From assembly GCA_946539445.1 (NCBI GenBank), contig CAMNHK010000003.1:1746-65745 (forward strand): a DNA stretch of 64,000 bases, written 5' to 3'. Both the position numbers and the translations under genes were made by a program. This DNA is from an uncultured Bacillales bacterium (GTDB lineage Bacteria; Bacillota_I; Bacilli_A; RF39; UBA660). The notes under the pieces were generated by a model, which did no database searches, was not told where the DNA came from, and saw nothing but the letters and a program-made list of their open reading frames with translations. Below, piece after piece: positions 28,210-36,922 of the stretch (position 1 is the stretch's first letter; the number at the start of each line of letters is the position of its first letter).

Positions 28210-28692
28210 TTAATCTTTTACTTCAAATGTTTTTGTATCCCCCGAAATATAGAAAAGTCCAAAATCAAATATATTACTAATAATAGGTAATTCAATATTA
28301 ATTTTAGTTACGATCGTATAATAATGCTTTGCCCGTACATCCGAATAACGACTATCAGAATTCTTAATATGAGAAATACTAGAATCTCCCCTATCCCCTT
28401 GAACAACCGTTTCACGAACACAATACATGTCATCAACCGGAATAAAAGAAGAATTCAAAGTACCACAATTTAGATTTCCTAATCGATATCCAATTTTTCT
28501 AGCATAATTATGAATAACCGTTTTACAATCATTTCCACAATCTCCATCATAATCTTCATATACCGCAATAATTTTATCACGCATACGAAAAGCTTTAGTA
28601 TAATTGACATTAAATGCCAAATACCCTAAAGCAATTACGATAAAAACAACAATAATTATAATAGAAACAGATCCTCCTATGGCATCACGCAT
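28210..28692 (-). CDS. TadE-like pseudopilin (minor pilin)
   Basis: 160 aa. MRDAIGG followed by a hydrophobic helix SVSIIIIVVFIVIALGYLAF, then NYTKAFRMRD. Four Cys in the globular part. Paralog of 28707..29141. Confidence 0.5.
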   Translation of the reverse strand: MRDAIGGSVSIIIIVVFIVIALGYLAFNVNYTKAFRMRDKIIAVYEDYDGDCGNDCKTVIHNYARKIGYRLGNLNCGTLNSSFIPVDDMYCVRETVVQGDRGDSSISHIKNSDSRYSDVRAKHYYTIVTKINIELPIISNIFDFGLFYISGDTKTFEVKD

Positions 28693-28706
28693 AGTCTATC
28701 ACCCTC

Positions 28707-29141
28707 TTACTTTTTAACAATTCCTCTAGTATCTCCATGTACTTGAAAAATAGAGATACCCATAATCTTATTAATAATTGGAATATTAAGATCAACTTGA
28801 GTAATAACAGAATACACAGTGTATTTACCAGAATCAGAAGATGAATCTTTATAACAAAACAAATCAATATTATTTTTATACCCAGAAGGACATGACAAAG
28901 AAGTTGGAGAATACCCAAGCCCCTTTGCCCCATCGATTATACGATTTCTGCAAGCAGTATCAGCCGATACTTCATCTTTAAAGCATCCAGCTCCTTCATA
29001 CTGCTCAATCGTCGATATAACAATGTTTTTCATTCGAAATGCTTTGCTATAACAAACAATGAAAGATAAAACGCCTTCAACTATAATCAAAAATATGGCT
29101 ATTAATATTAAGTTTAAAATTCCACCAAACGCATCTTTCAT
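28707..29141 (-). CDS. TadE-like pseudopilin (minor pilin)
   Basis: 144 aa. MKDAFGG followed by ILNLILIAIFLIIVEGVLSF, then CYSKAFRMKN. Four Cys in the globular part. AGGAG 8 nt upstream of the ATG. Confidence 0.5.
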   Translation of the reverse strand: MKDAFGGILNLILIAIFLIIVEGVLSFIVCYSKAFRMKNIVISTIEQYEGAGCFKDEVSADTACRNRIIDGAKGLGYSPTSLSCPSGYKNNIDLFCYKDSSSDSGKYTVYSVITQVDLNIPIINKIMGISIFQVHGDTRGIVKK

Positions 29142-29157
29142 TTATAAAACTCCTAGA

Positions 29158-29307
29158 TTATTTATTATTATAAGTTGAAATATTATTCCATTGAGTATTA
29201 ATAGAATTTTTAATATTTGGCCACATAATCCAGAAAAATCCGATTACTGCACCAATGGCAATAAGAGTAATTACAGTTAAGTTTAATTCTCCTGTAGCTG
29301 CTTTCAT
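29158..29307 (-). CDS. Flp-like major pilin candidate (49 aa, not in ORF track)
   Basis: Hand-translated: ATG 29307..29305 preceded by AAAGGATGGG, TAA at 29160..29158. Product is MKAATGELNLTVITLIAIGAVIGFFWIMWPNIKNSINTQWNNISTYNNK: a short charged leader ending in Gly, a hydrophobic helix and a short polar tail. Located between the TadC-like and TadE-like genes. Confidence 0.6.
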   Translation of the reverse strand: MKAATGELNLTVITLIAIGAVIGFFWIMWPNIKNSINTQWNNISTYNNK

Positions 29308-29341
29308 GAACTATCCCATCCTTTCTAACATATACAAATTC

Positions 29342-29370
29342 ATTATAACAAAATATTTTATAAATAACAA
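29342..29370 (-). promoter_or_regulatory. Internal extended -10 promoter in front of the pilin gene
   Basis: Minus strand TTGTTA, 17 nt, then TGtTATAAT (TATAAT at 29347..29342) in the 86-nt gap upstream of the 49-aa ORF. AT-rich background makes chance matches possible. Confidence 0.4.
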
Positions 29371-29393
29371 CTAACAAAACATACACTTTACAA

Positions 29394-30197
29394 TTAGAAC
29401 ATCATCATCATAGAAATCAAGATTACAAGCATTACACCAACACCGGTAACTACTAACATAACCATTGTCTGACTTTCCATATGATTCAAACGCTCTTTGT
29501 ATTTCGTTTCACGTGCTTTATTTTGCAAACTTGATACTGTTTTTGAAAACATCATCAAACGCTCTTGTTTTCTCTCTTGAGAACCAATTCCTAAACGATA
29601 AAGCAAACGCATCATACGCATAGAGTCCCTTACTGGATAAGTATTGGCAAATTCCATATAAGGATCTACTGTTGCATCTCCAGCATTAATACGATCAATC
29701 ATTTTACGAAGCCCTGGTTTAAAAATATCTGGAGCATCTCCAATCGATTTACCTATCGCAACAGGAACGGTATAGTGTTGAATTAAAATTTCCAAACTCT
29801 TTAAATAATAAGGCAACATAACATCGATTTCATGTAAATGTTGTTTATAATAACTCTTTAATTGTGTATAAGGCATTTTAAAAACAACCACCGCAACAAC
29901 AATTGCCAAAACTAAATTCAAGAAAAACTGTGAATTGATAATTTCAACGGAATTATTATTGGTAATTGTCAATACTAATACTACTAAAAAAGTAATAAAA
30001 GCATAAGTAATTCTCTTAGAATATAACTGATCAATATCTACATCTTCTCCATAACGAGCATATACTAAGAATTGATAATCATCTTCTTTAAAAGCCTCTA
30101 AATATTTTTGATTATCGGCAAAGAACTTATCTTTATCAATCGTATTATTATAGACTAAGATAAAGATAATGATTGCACCAACAACTAATATCTCCAT
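29394..30197 (-). CDS. TadC-like (T2SS-F family) pilus platform membrane protein
   Basis: 267 aa. TMs at the N-terminus, middle and C-terminus flank a cytoplasmic helical domain (IQHYTVPVAIGKSIGDAPDIFKPGLRKMIDRINAG). ATG shares a base with the stop of the upstream paralog. Confidence 0.6.
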   Translation of the reverse strand: MEILVVGAIIIFILVYNNTIDKDKFFADNQKYLEAFKEDDYQFLVYARYGEDVDIDQLYSKRITYAFITFLVVLVLTITNNNSVEIINSQFFLNLVLAIVVAVVVFKMPYTQLKSYYKQHLHEIDVMLPYYLKSLEILIQHYTVPVAIGKSIGDAPDIFKPGLRKMIDRINAGDATVDPYMEFANTYPVRDSMRMMRLLYRLGIGSQERKQERLMMFSKTVSSLQNKARETKYKERLNHMESQTMVMLVVTGVGVMLVILISMMMMF

Positions 30198-31099
30198 TAC
30201 TCAGCACCTACATTCTCATTATAATATTTTTCCCCTTTTAAAAGGAAATACGTATTGATAATTAAAACTCCATGCATCAATAATTGAATATACCATCTTT
30301 CCAACAAAATCAAATACGTTTCACGTCCAAGTAAGTATTGTACTAACATAACCATTAAATACAACATAATACCGAATTGTAAAAAGGATTTATGGAAAGA
30401 AGCTCTTTCAATACGGTCACGATATACACTTTCAACCAGCATATCGATATCTAACTGCATATTTTCCAATGAGTCAGCAGAGTTTTGAGCACCTTCCTTA
30501 GTAATTTGTAAGAATAATTGATGCATATTCTTAACAATGTAATAAGGATATAACTTACTCATATAATCCAAAGCTTCATCAATCGTACCATTATCGTAAC
30601 TCATCGTAATCATTTGTTGAACATCACTTAATACAGGATCTTCCAAAACACCAGAATTAGCAACACCTTCCAATGCTTTAACAAAGGACTGAGTCGTAGC
30701 AAATTCCATAATAGTATTAGAAGTATAAACTTGTACTTGCTCAAATAAGAACTCAGAATAAACTCTTTTACATCTTAAATAAGTTAAATATGGTACAAAG
30801 GAAACAGCAATTAATGCATAAATAATACTAATAATTAAATTATAGAAATACAAATAGGTAACAACCGCTGCAAAACTTGCAAACAAAGTAACTTGAATAG
30901 CATATTGCTTTGGAGTATACTCTTGACCTAATTGTTTTGTTTTCTCACGAACTACTTTAAAAGAATAAGGAGCAAATTTATCGTACATACCTTGTACTTG
31001 TCCAAGAACATATTTTCCAACATTTTCACCCTTGTAGTTACGATATAAGTAAATCGCAATTACAAAACCTAAAATTATAAATAATTCTTCTAAATACAT
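30197..31099 (-). CDS. TadB-like (T2SS-F family) pilus platform membrane protein
   Basis: 300 aa with the same topology as its neighbour. Helical domain with NGTIDEALDYMSKLYP. Directly downstream of the CpaF-type ATPase. Confidence 0.6.
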   Translation of the reverse strand: MYLEELFIILGFVIAIYLYRNYKGENVGKYVLGQVQGMYDKFAPYSFKVVREKTKQLGQEYTPKQYAIQVTLFASFAAVVTYLYFYNLIISIIYALIAVSFVPYLTYLRCKRVYSEFLFEQVQVYTSNTIMEFATTQSFVKALEGVANSGVLEDPVLSDVQQMITMSYDNGTIDEALDYMSKLYPYYIVKNMHQLFLQITKEGAQNSADSLENMQLDIDMLVESVYRDRIERASFHKSFLQFGIMLYLMVMLVQYLLGRETYLILLERWYIQLLMHGVLIINTYFLLKGEKYYNENVGAE

Positions 31100-31114
31100 A
31101 CAATCAACTCCTTT

Positions 31115-32617
31115 CTATTGTGCCAATTTTGCAATTCCTGCCAATCCTGGATTAGCTACGGGAGCGGCAACCGGAACAGTCTGAGGAGTCGCAACAGGCG
31201 CTTGAACAGTCGCTACTGGCGTTGAAGCAGGTACTACTGCTTGAGCATTAGTAGCAGGTGCCACTGCAGTAGGTTGACTAACAGCTGGTGTAGGATTAAC
31301 TTTTGGTGGTACAGCAACCGCAGGGGTTGCAACCGAAGTTGGTACACTGACCTGTGAAGCAACAACTGGTGCTTGCAATGGAACATTCTGAGGAGGATTA
31401 GGTGAACTTACAGAAGCCACTTTAGAAACAGGGGCAGCCGAAGTTGCCACTGCTGGAGTAGATGGTGCTTCACCAACACTTTCTTCCTTCTTAGTCTCCT
31501 CTTCTGTATCATTTGACTCTTCTTGCTTAATAGATTCTCTTAAAGGTAACTCATCTGGTAAATCTCCAATAATACTTTGAACCTCAATATTTTGATTCTC
31601 CAAGTACTCCACTAAATGAGCACTTGGTTTACACATGATAGGTTTACCAAATAATTTTTGATAAATAATCCTAGATCTAGGAACATTATCATCATCTACA
31701 TAAAATTCAGAAACTTCATCTACCTCACGGTGAAACTTACCATACTCTTTACTATAGAAAGCCTTTATATGTACACCTAATTGAATATAACGATAAATCG
31801 TTGATAAGAATTGGTGAACATCCAAATCCGTTTCCATCAAAGAATAAAGACGATAAGGAATAGCCGAAGCTTTATCCGCATGGATAGTAGATAAAATATT
31901 GTGTCCAGAAGAAATAGAGTTACGTACAGCCGAAACCGCTTCTGCTGAACGAACCTCGGAAAGTAGAATCCATTTTGGATTCTGACGCATACAAGTAACC
32001 AATACATCCGAATAACTAGCTACATTGTTCGTCTTCATTGCCACAATATCTCTTTGTGGAAATATTTTATCTAAGTGAAGTTCCAAAGTATCTTCAATAG
32101 TAATAATTTTTTCATTGGTCTTGGTATGGCTTGCCAAATACTTAACAAACTCTGTTTTACCAGAACCAGTTTCTCCAGCAACCATTATATTACAGTGACC
32201 TTCAACACACTTAATTAAAAAGTCATGTATCGCTGGAGTAAAATAATCTTCTTGAATTAATTTTTCCTTTTCAAGACGAATTTTAGCGGGAGTCTTACGA
32301 ATAACCAAAGCAATACCATTCGTCGCAATTGACTGATGTACAAAGTTCATACGTAACTCAGCGCTTTCAGCATCCAAAAATGGCTTTGCATTGTTAAAAG
32401 TAGTTCCCATAACGTTAGAACATTGGAAGGCCAACTTCTCAACAAATTCTGGAGTCGCTCCTTCCACTTCTACTCTTAAAGATCCTTGAGTTAAGGAACG
32501 AATCCAAATTTGTCCACCATTATCATAAGAGATATCGGTAATATCATCATTATCTAATAAGGAACGAAAAGGTCCAAAATCTAACTTATCAAAAATGTTT
32601 TCGTTCACATAACTCAC
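31115..32617 (-). CDS. CpaF/TadA-type secretion ATPase (VirB11/T2SS-E superfamily) with P/A/V-rich tail
   Basis: 500 aa. GIALVIRKTPAKIR, Walker A VAGETGSGKTEFVKYL, Asp box ITIEDTLEL, Walker B ILLSEVRSAEA and His box LSTIHA. The last ~130 aa are P/A/V/T/S low complexity. Confidence 0.88.
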   Translation of the reverse strand: MSYVNENIFDKLDFGPFRSLLDNDDITDISYDNGGQIWIRSLTQGSLRVEVEGATPEFVEKLAFQCSNVMGTTFNNAKPFLDAESAELRMNFVHQSIATNGIALVIRKTPAKIRLEKEKLIQEDYFTPAIHDFLIKCVEGHCNIMVAGETGSGKTEFVKYLASHTKTNEKIITIEDTLELHLDKIFPQRDIVAMKTNNVASYSDVLVTCMRQNPKWILLSEVRSAEAVSAVRNSISSGHNILSTIHADKASAIPYRLYSLMETDLDVHQFLSTIYRYIQLGVHIKAFYSKEYGKFHREVDEVSEFYVDDDNVPRSRIIYQKLFGKPIMCKPSAHLVEYLENQNIEVQSIIGDLPDELPLRESIKQEESNDTEEETKKEESVGEAPSTPAVATSAAPVSKVASVSSPNPPQNVPLQAPVVASQVSVPTSVATPAVAVPPKVNPTPAVSQPTAVAPATNAQAVVPASTPVATVQAPVATPQTVPVAAPVANPGLAGIAKLAQ

Positions 32618-32644
32618 TTCCCTTTTATTCTTCTAATTCTTTTT

Positions 32645-33448
32645 TTAATCTGTCCAGTATGTATGCATGTTAATCCATTCTTTTAATTGCTCACTCGATA
32701 ATTCTAGTTCTCCTGGTTCATCTTTAATACTTTCATTCGTTGGAACCAACTCAATAGAAGTATCATAAGTTCTCATGTAATTTGCTTTACGAAGTAATAC
32801 GAAGTATTCTTCTGGTAAAGCAAATACAACCATGGCAGGAGTTCTATTTTCATCCAAATTTTGGAAAACAGGTTGACCATTTCCATCTTTTACAGCTAAA
32901 ACTTGAATATTAGAGATTAGTTTACCATACATAATCTTATCAGCATCAGGATTCAAAACTTGATTTCCATCAACCTTATTAACAGCTTTTAGCCAAATAT
33001 CAATATAGTTACCAGGATATACAGAGTTACCATAAGTAGAATTAATATCTACTGGTAAGTTGTATAATACATATCCTTTTGGATATTCCAAAATAATATT
33101 CGTTGGTAATTGTTCTTTTTCTACGACAGCTCTACGATAGAATAAACTACCCTTTGGTATAACCGTATCAGCCGCAGAATATTTATCAATAATTTCTCCT
33201 ACGTTTAAGATTACATCTCCTTCAAGCATAGAAGGAGGAACTTCTCGTGTCGAAATCATAGATTCTGTAATCTGAACACCAGCTTTAATTTGTTCAGCAG
33301 CATAAGGAACAACTACAGGATTAATAGCGGAATTAACACGCATCGTATAAGCAAAATACAATACAATAATAGCTAGAATAACACCAACCACAGTAACAGT
33401 ATTTTTATTCTGCATGAATTTTTTCAAACTTGTTACTAAATTACCCAT
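32645..33448 (-). CDS. CpaB/RcpC-like pilus assembly protein (SAF domain)
   Basis: 267 aa. N-terminal TM (VTVVGVILAIIVLYFAY), then a SAF-like segment VVVPYAAEQIKAGVQITESMISTREVPPSML...IPKGSLFYRRAV. Confidence 0.65.
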   Translation of the reverse strand: MGNLVTSLKKFMQNKNTVTVVGVILAIIVLYFAYTMRVNSAINPVVVPYAAEQIKAGVQITESMISTREVPPSMLEGDVILNVGEIIDKYSAADTVIPKGSLFYRRAVVEKEQLPTNIILEYPKGYVLYNLPVDINSTYGNSVYPGNYIDIWLKAVNKVDGNQVLNPDADKIMYGKLISNIQVLAVKDGNGQPVFQNLDENRTPAMVVFALPEEYFVLLRKANYMRTYDTSIELVPTNESIKDEPGELELSSEQLKEWINMHTYWTD

Positions 33449-33463
33449 CTTAATCCCCTCTTT

Positions 33464-33976
33464 CTAATTTGCTTGTTTACTTAATAAATCTTTACAAGTA
33501 CTTAATGTTTGATATAAATAAGCTTCTTCTACAGCTGGATCACTCTTATAAGTAGTTTCCAATATTAAATCGTAACTAGTAGTAATATCAGCAGCTTGAG
33601 AATCATAATCTTTTTGATCAGATCCATGTCCACCAGCATTGAAAGCAAGTACTGTTAAAGAATCAACTTTAATACTTACTTTTGGTGGAACTTCATTTAT
33701 ATCATAAAACTTAATATTGTAATTTCTTGTTGCATCAACGTTGTTGGCGAATCGATAAATGAAGTTCTCTACGAACTTCTCTTTATCGATTCTGTAAATA
33801 CCACACGTTCTTAAATAATTCATATCAATAGAATCTTCCATTGCAGCATCCGCTGTTTCTTTTACTAGGTAGTAATCTAATTCACTTCCGGTAGAAAAGT
33901 TAGTTAATACGTTAATTAACAATAAAGCAATAATACTTAATAGAATAATTCCAACCGTTAACATTCCTTTATTCAT
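33464..33976 (-). CDS. Pilin-like protein
   Basis: 170 aa. MNKG followed by MLTVGIILLSIIALLLINVLTNF resembles a class III (prepilin) signal, KG then hydrophobic helix, but has Gly rather than Glu at +5. Confidence 0.4.
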   Translation of the reverse strand: MNKGMLTVGIILLSIIALLLINVLTNFSTGSELDYYLVKETADAAMEDSIDMNYLRTCGIYRIDKEKFVENFIYRFANNVDATRNYNIKFYDINEVPPKVSIKVDSLTVLAFNAGGHGSDQKDYDSQAADITTSYDLILETTYKSDPAVEEAYLYQTLSTCKDLLSKQAN

Positions 33977-33979
33977 ATG

Positions 33980-36922
33980 TTAATTTGCACCTCCACCAAA
34001 GTATTCACAATTTTTACGTTCACGAATATTGTTACATCCTAGAGCATTAGCATCTGGATAAGTTGAATATCCTTTAAGAATAGCATCATTACCACGGAAC
34101 AATGGACTGTAGTAAGATGTTACGGTACCAGTTTCATCAACTTTTCCTTCAAAAGCCGTATAATTACGATCTTTATTTCTTAACTTAGAAATCATATCTT
34201 TTGTTAAAGTAACTTCATAGTCAAGCTGTTCATCTGTATAGATAGAATATCCTCTTCCTTGAACTCCATTATATAAGTAATCAGAAGGTTCAATTACATA
34301 TTTACCAGATTGAACATTAATAGCATATTCACTCCAGTTAAATCCAGGTACTCTACCAGTAGTTTTTTCACTAGCTAATGTCTCTCCAGTCTCAGCTGGG
34401 AACACATTTGACAAATCTATAGAACGAATTCTCATTTCATCCGTACCTTCGGGACTATTACGATCAGTAGGAGTACAATAAGAATTTAAAGCATAGAAAC
34501 ATGAAATATCAATATTCCATCCGAATTGTCCAAACTTTCTAGCTTTTGCATTAATGTTATATTTAATATTCTTAACATCTGCTTGAGTAAAGGTTGCATC
34601 CTTGAAACTTTCTCCAGGACATAACGCAGCACTGAAGTTCTCAGAATTAATAGAGAATCTTTCATCAGTTTGATAACGTTGACCATAATAATAAGTCCAC
34701 CATTTATCATTTACATCATTTGCATCAAGTGGGATACAGAATGATTTAATATATGGAATCCAATCATTTTTAGGAACATAAGAAATTTCTCCAGTCTTAT
34801 TATGCATCCAAGTTCCGGGGAATCCCCATTCTGTTTGATAGAATCTCTTATTTTTAACATCCGTAGATCCACATTCATAGCATCCATTTGATTTGTAAAT
34901 AACAGAACTATCTTTATTAGATCCTTGGCAAGTAACACTATTAGCACCATTTTCACTATTGTAAGTAATGGTATTCTTAGAATCTACACGATTCTCATTT
35001 GTATATGGGAAGTAAATCGTAGTAGTAGTATTATCACTACCATAACTATAATCCGTTGAAATTGAGAATTCTGAAGTTGTAGTGGTACATTTAGAGAATG
35101 CATCACATTTATCTACCATATCTTTATAAACTTCCATATTACGTTTATAATCATCAGCAGCTTCTCCAGGGTTCAAATATCTCTTACCGGTACATCCATT
35201 CCATCTACATACAGCCCAGCATCCACAGATAGATAACATACCTCCACCTTCAGCTTCGGTTTTTAAACATCCATGAGATCCATTTTGTCCATGTTCAACA
35301 TACCATCTACCTAAGTGATTAGCAGGTTTCCAAACAATTGCCTTATATTGAGGATCATAAATGTAGTATCCAACACCATCTTTACTAAAGTCACGGTCAA
35401 CTGTATTATGGCCATAGAAAGCAAGTAAAGTAGCCATATCCGTTATACTATCATAAGGATTCGTTGTTTTCTTAGCACTAGTAGAAGAACCATAAACTTG
35501 TTTATAACATTGACGAGTACATGCACTAGTATATTTTCCACCATCACAAATTCCTACACAAGAATCAAATTCTTCAGCAGGTCCAGCACCTAAATCGATA
35601 AATCCAGATCCATGGTTACATCCAGGAGATGGAGAACAATAAGATAAGTCACTTCTAGGAAGATCAGGTTTCTTAATCGTTTTACAGTTTACACGACTAG
35701 TTACTTGAACTTTATATTCAAAACATAATCCAGCTTTAGAAGCAACTGGAGGTCCGTATTCAATAACAACAACTTCATCACATTGAATTTGGCAACTTAC
35801 ACTTTCAGTATCAGGATAAGCACCAGGTCCATAAGAAATAGTACCATCTGCATTAGTAGTAGGAACACGTCCACCATAGTTATAAGTATAAGTTCCAGCA
35901 GGAACGTCATACACAATTGTACCTAATAAATAATTTGTATTAGAATAATAATTACTATCTTTAATCTTTCTAGTAGAAGTTACATCAAATGCATTACAAG
36001 CATAAGAAGCAGTTTGATTTGGAAACTTACTAGAATAATCAGGAGTAGCATTAGAATAATGAACTTCTTCAACTCCACTATCCAAAGCTAATTGTCTAGT
36101 ATGACAATACAAGTATTCGAAAGAATTATGATCAGTAAACTTCGTAGCATAATTTTCACATTCAATATATCCAGAAGATGCAGGAGGTTGAGGAATATCA
36201 ATATTAACTGTATCTTGTCCACCACCTGGATCACCATACCAGGAGTATTGAACAACTGCTAAGAAAGTAGCATTCTTTCCACAAGCATCTGTTAATTCAG
36301 AATCTTTAAAATCAACAGGAGCAAGAACTACGAAGAATTTTAAAGAGCGATCATCTCCACCAACTCTATTAATTTTAGTATTAGAAATAGAAGAGGTAGC
36401 TCTAGAGATAAAAGTAACTGTCTTACCATTGGTAAGTTCATTACTAGTTAATCCATGAAATCTCTTTAATTGTTCTTCAGAAGTAATATCACTATAAGTA
36501 GATATTACACCAGCAACTTTATCTGAATAAGTATTATCATATGTAACTGTTTTACCATCTTTAGGTACATCACGAGAAATATCAGTTGCAAATATTTCAA
36601 CGATTTTAAATTTTATAGATTTTGATTTTGATTTTAATTCATCTGGTAAATCCATTTTAACAACGAAAGAACCATCGGTACTTCCACCAGTTGGAGGTAC
36701 ATAATCAATGGATAAACCATATTTTTCTGCAAAGTTATAAGAAGCAGCTTTCTTACATTGAATGGTTTCCTCTTGTTTCTCCTCCGTATCTTTATCATCT
36801 TTTTTCTTATCATCCTTTGCCAAAGCAGTAGGCGTTAAAAATGAATAAACGGCAAATACAGTAACGAAAAGAACTAACAACCCCAAAATCTTTTTATTAA
36901 GCTTCTGCACTTTCATCATCAC
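33980..36922 (-). CDS. Large secreted Cys-rich protein (adhesin / pilus-associated candidate)
   Basis: 980 aa. Signal peptide ILGLLVLFVTVFAVYSFLTPTALAKDD. About 31 Cys by my count, many in close pairs (SICGCWAVCRWNGC, CYEC, CVGIC). Rich in Y/G/N/S/T. No C-terminal sorting signal (ends CEYFGGGAN). Confidence 0.7.
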   Translation of the reverse strand: MMMKVQKLNKKILGLLVLFVTVFAVYSFLTPTALAKDDKKKDDKDTEEKQEETIQCKKAASYNFAEKYGLSIDYVPPTGGSTDGSFVVKMDLPDELKSKSKSIKFKIVEIFATDISRDVPKDGKTVTYDNTYSDKVAGVISTYSDITSEEQLKRFHGLTSNELTNGKTVTFISRATSSISNTKINRVGGDDRSLKFFVVLAPVDFKDSELTDACGKNATFLAVVQYSWYGDPGGGQDTVNIDIPQPPASSGYIECENYATKFTDHNSFEYLYCHTRQLALDSGVEEVHYSNATPDYSSKFPNQTASYACNAFDVTSTRKIKDSNYYSNTNYLLGTIVYDVPAGTYTYNYGGRVPTTNADGTISYGPGAYPDTESVSCQIQCDEVVVIEYGPPVASKAGLCFEYKVQVTSRVNCKTIKKPDLPRSDLSYCSPSPGCNHGSGFIDLGAGPAEEFDSCVGICDGGKYTSACTRQCYKQVYGSSTSAKKTTNPYDSITDMATLLAFYGHNTVDRDFSKDGVGYYIYDPQYKAIVWKPANHLGRWYVEHGQNGSHGCLKTEAEGGGMLSICGCWAVCRWNGCTGKRYLNPGEAADDYKRNMEVYKDMVDKCDAFSKCTTTTSEFSISTDYSYGSDNTTTTIYFPYTNENRVDSKNTITYNSENGANSVTCQGSNKDSSVIYKSNGCYECGSTDVKNKRFYQTEWGFPGTWMHNKTGEISYVPKNDWIPYIKSFCIPLDANDVNDKWWTYYYGQRYQTDERFSINSENFSAALCPGESFKDATFTQADVKNIKYNINAKARKFGQFGWNIDISCFYALNSYCTPTDRNSPEGTDEMRIRSIDLSNVFPAETGETLASEKTTGRVPGFNWSEYAINVQSGKYVIEPSDYLYNGVQGRGYSIYTDEQLDYEVTLTKDMISKLRNKDRNYTAFEGKVDETGTVTSYYSPLFRGNDAILKGYSTYPDANALGCNNIRERKNCEYFGGGAN

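Noticed and set aside
34486-34956. Two 74-81-aa minus-strand ORFs inside the 980-aa gene, plus similar nested ORFs (16014..16223, 20840..21143, 28685..28933, 37916..38266, 40172..40970)
   Set aside because: They are nested in alternate frames of long, well-supported genes, have no ribosome-binding sites, and their composition is typical of off-frame translation.
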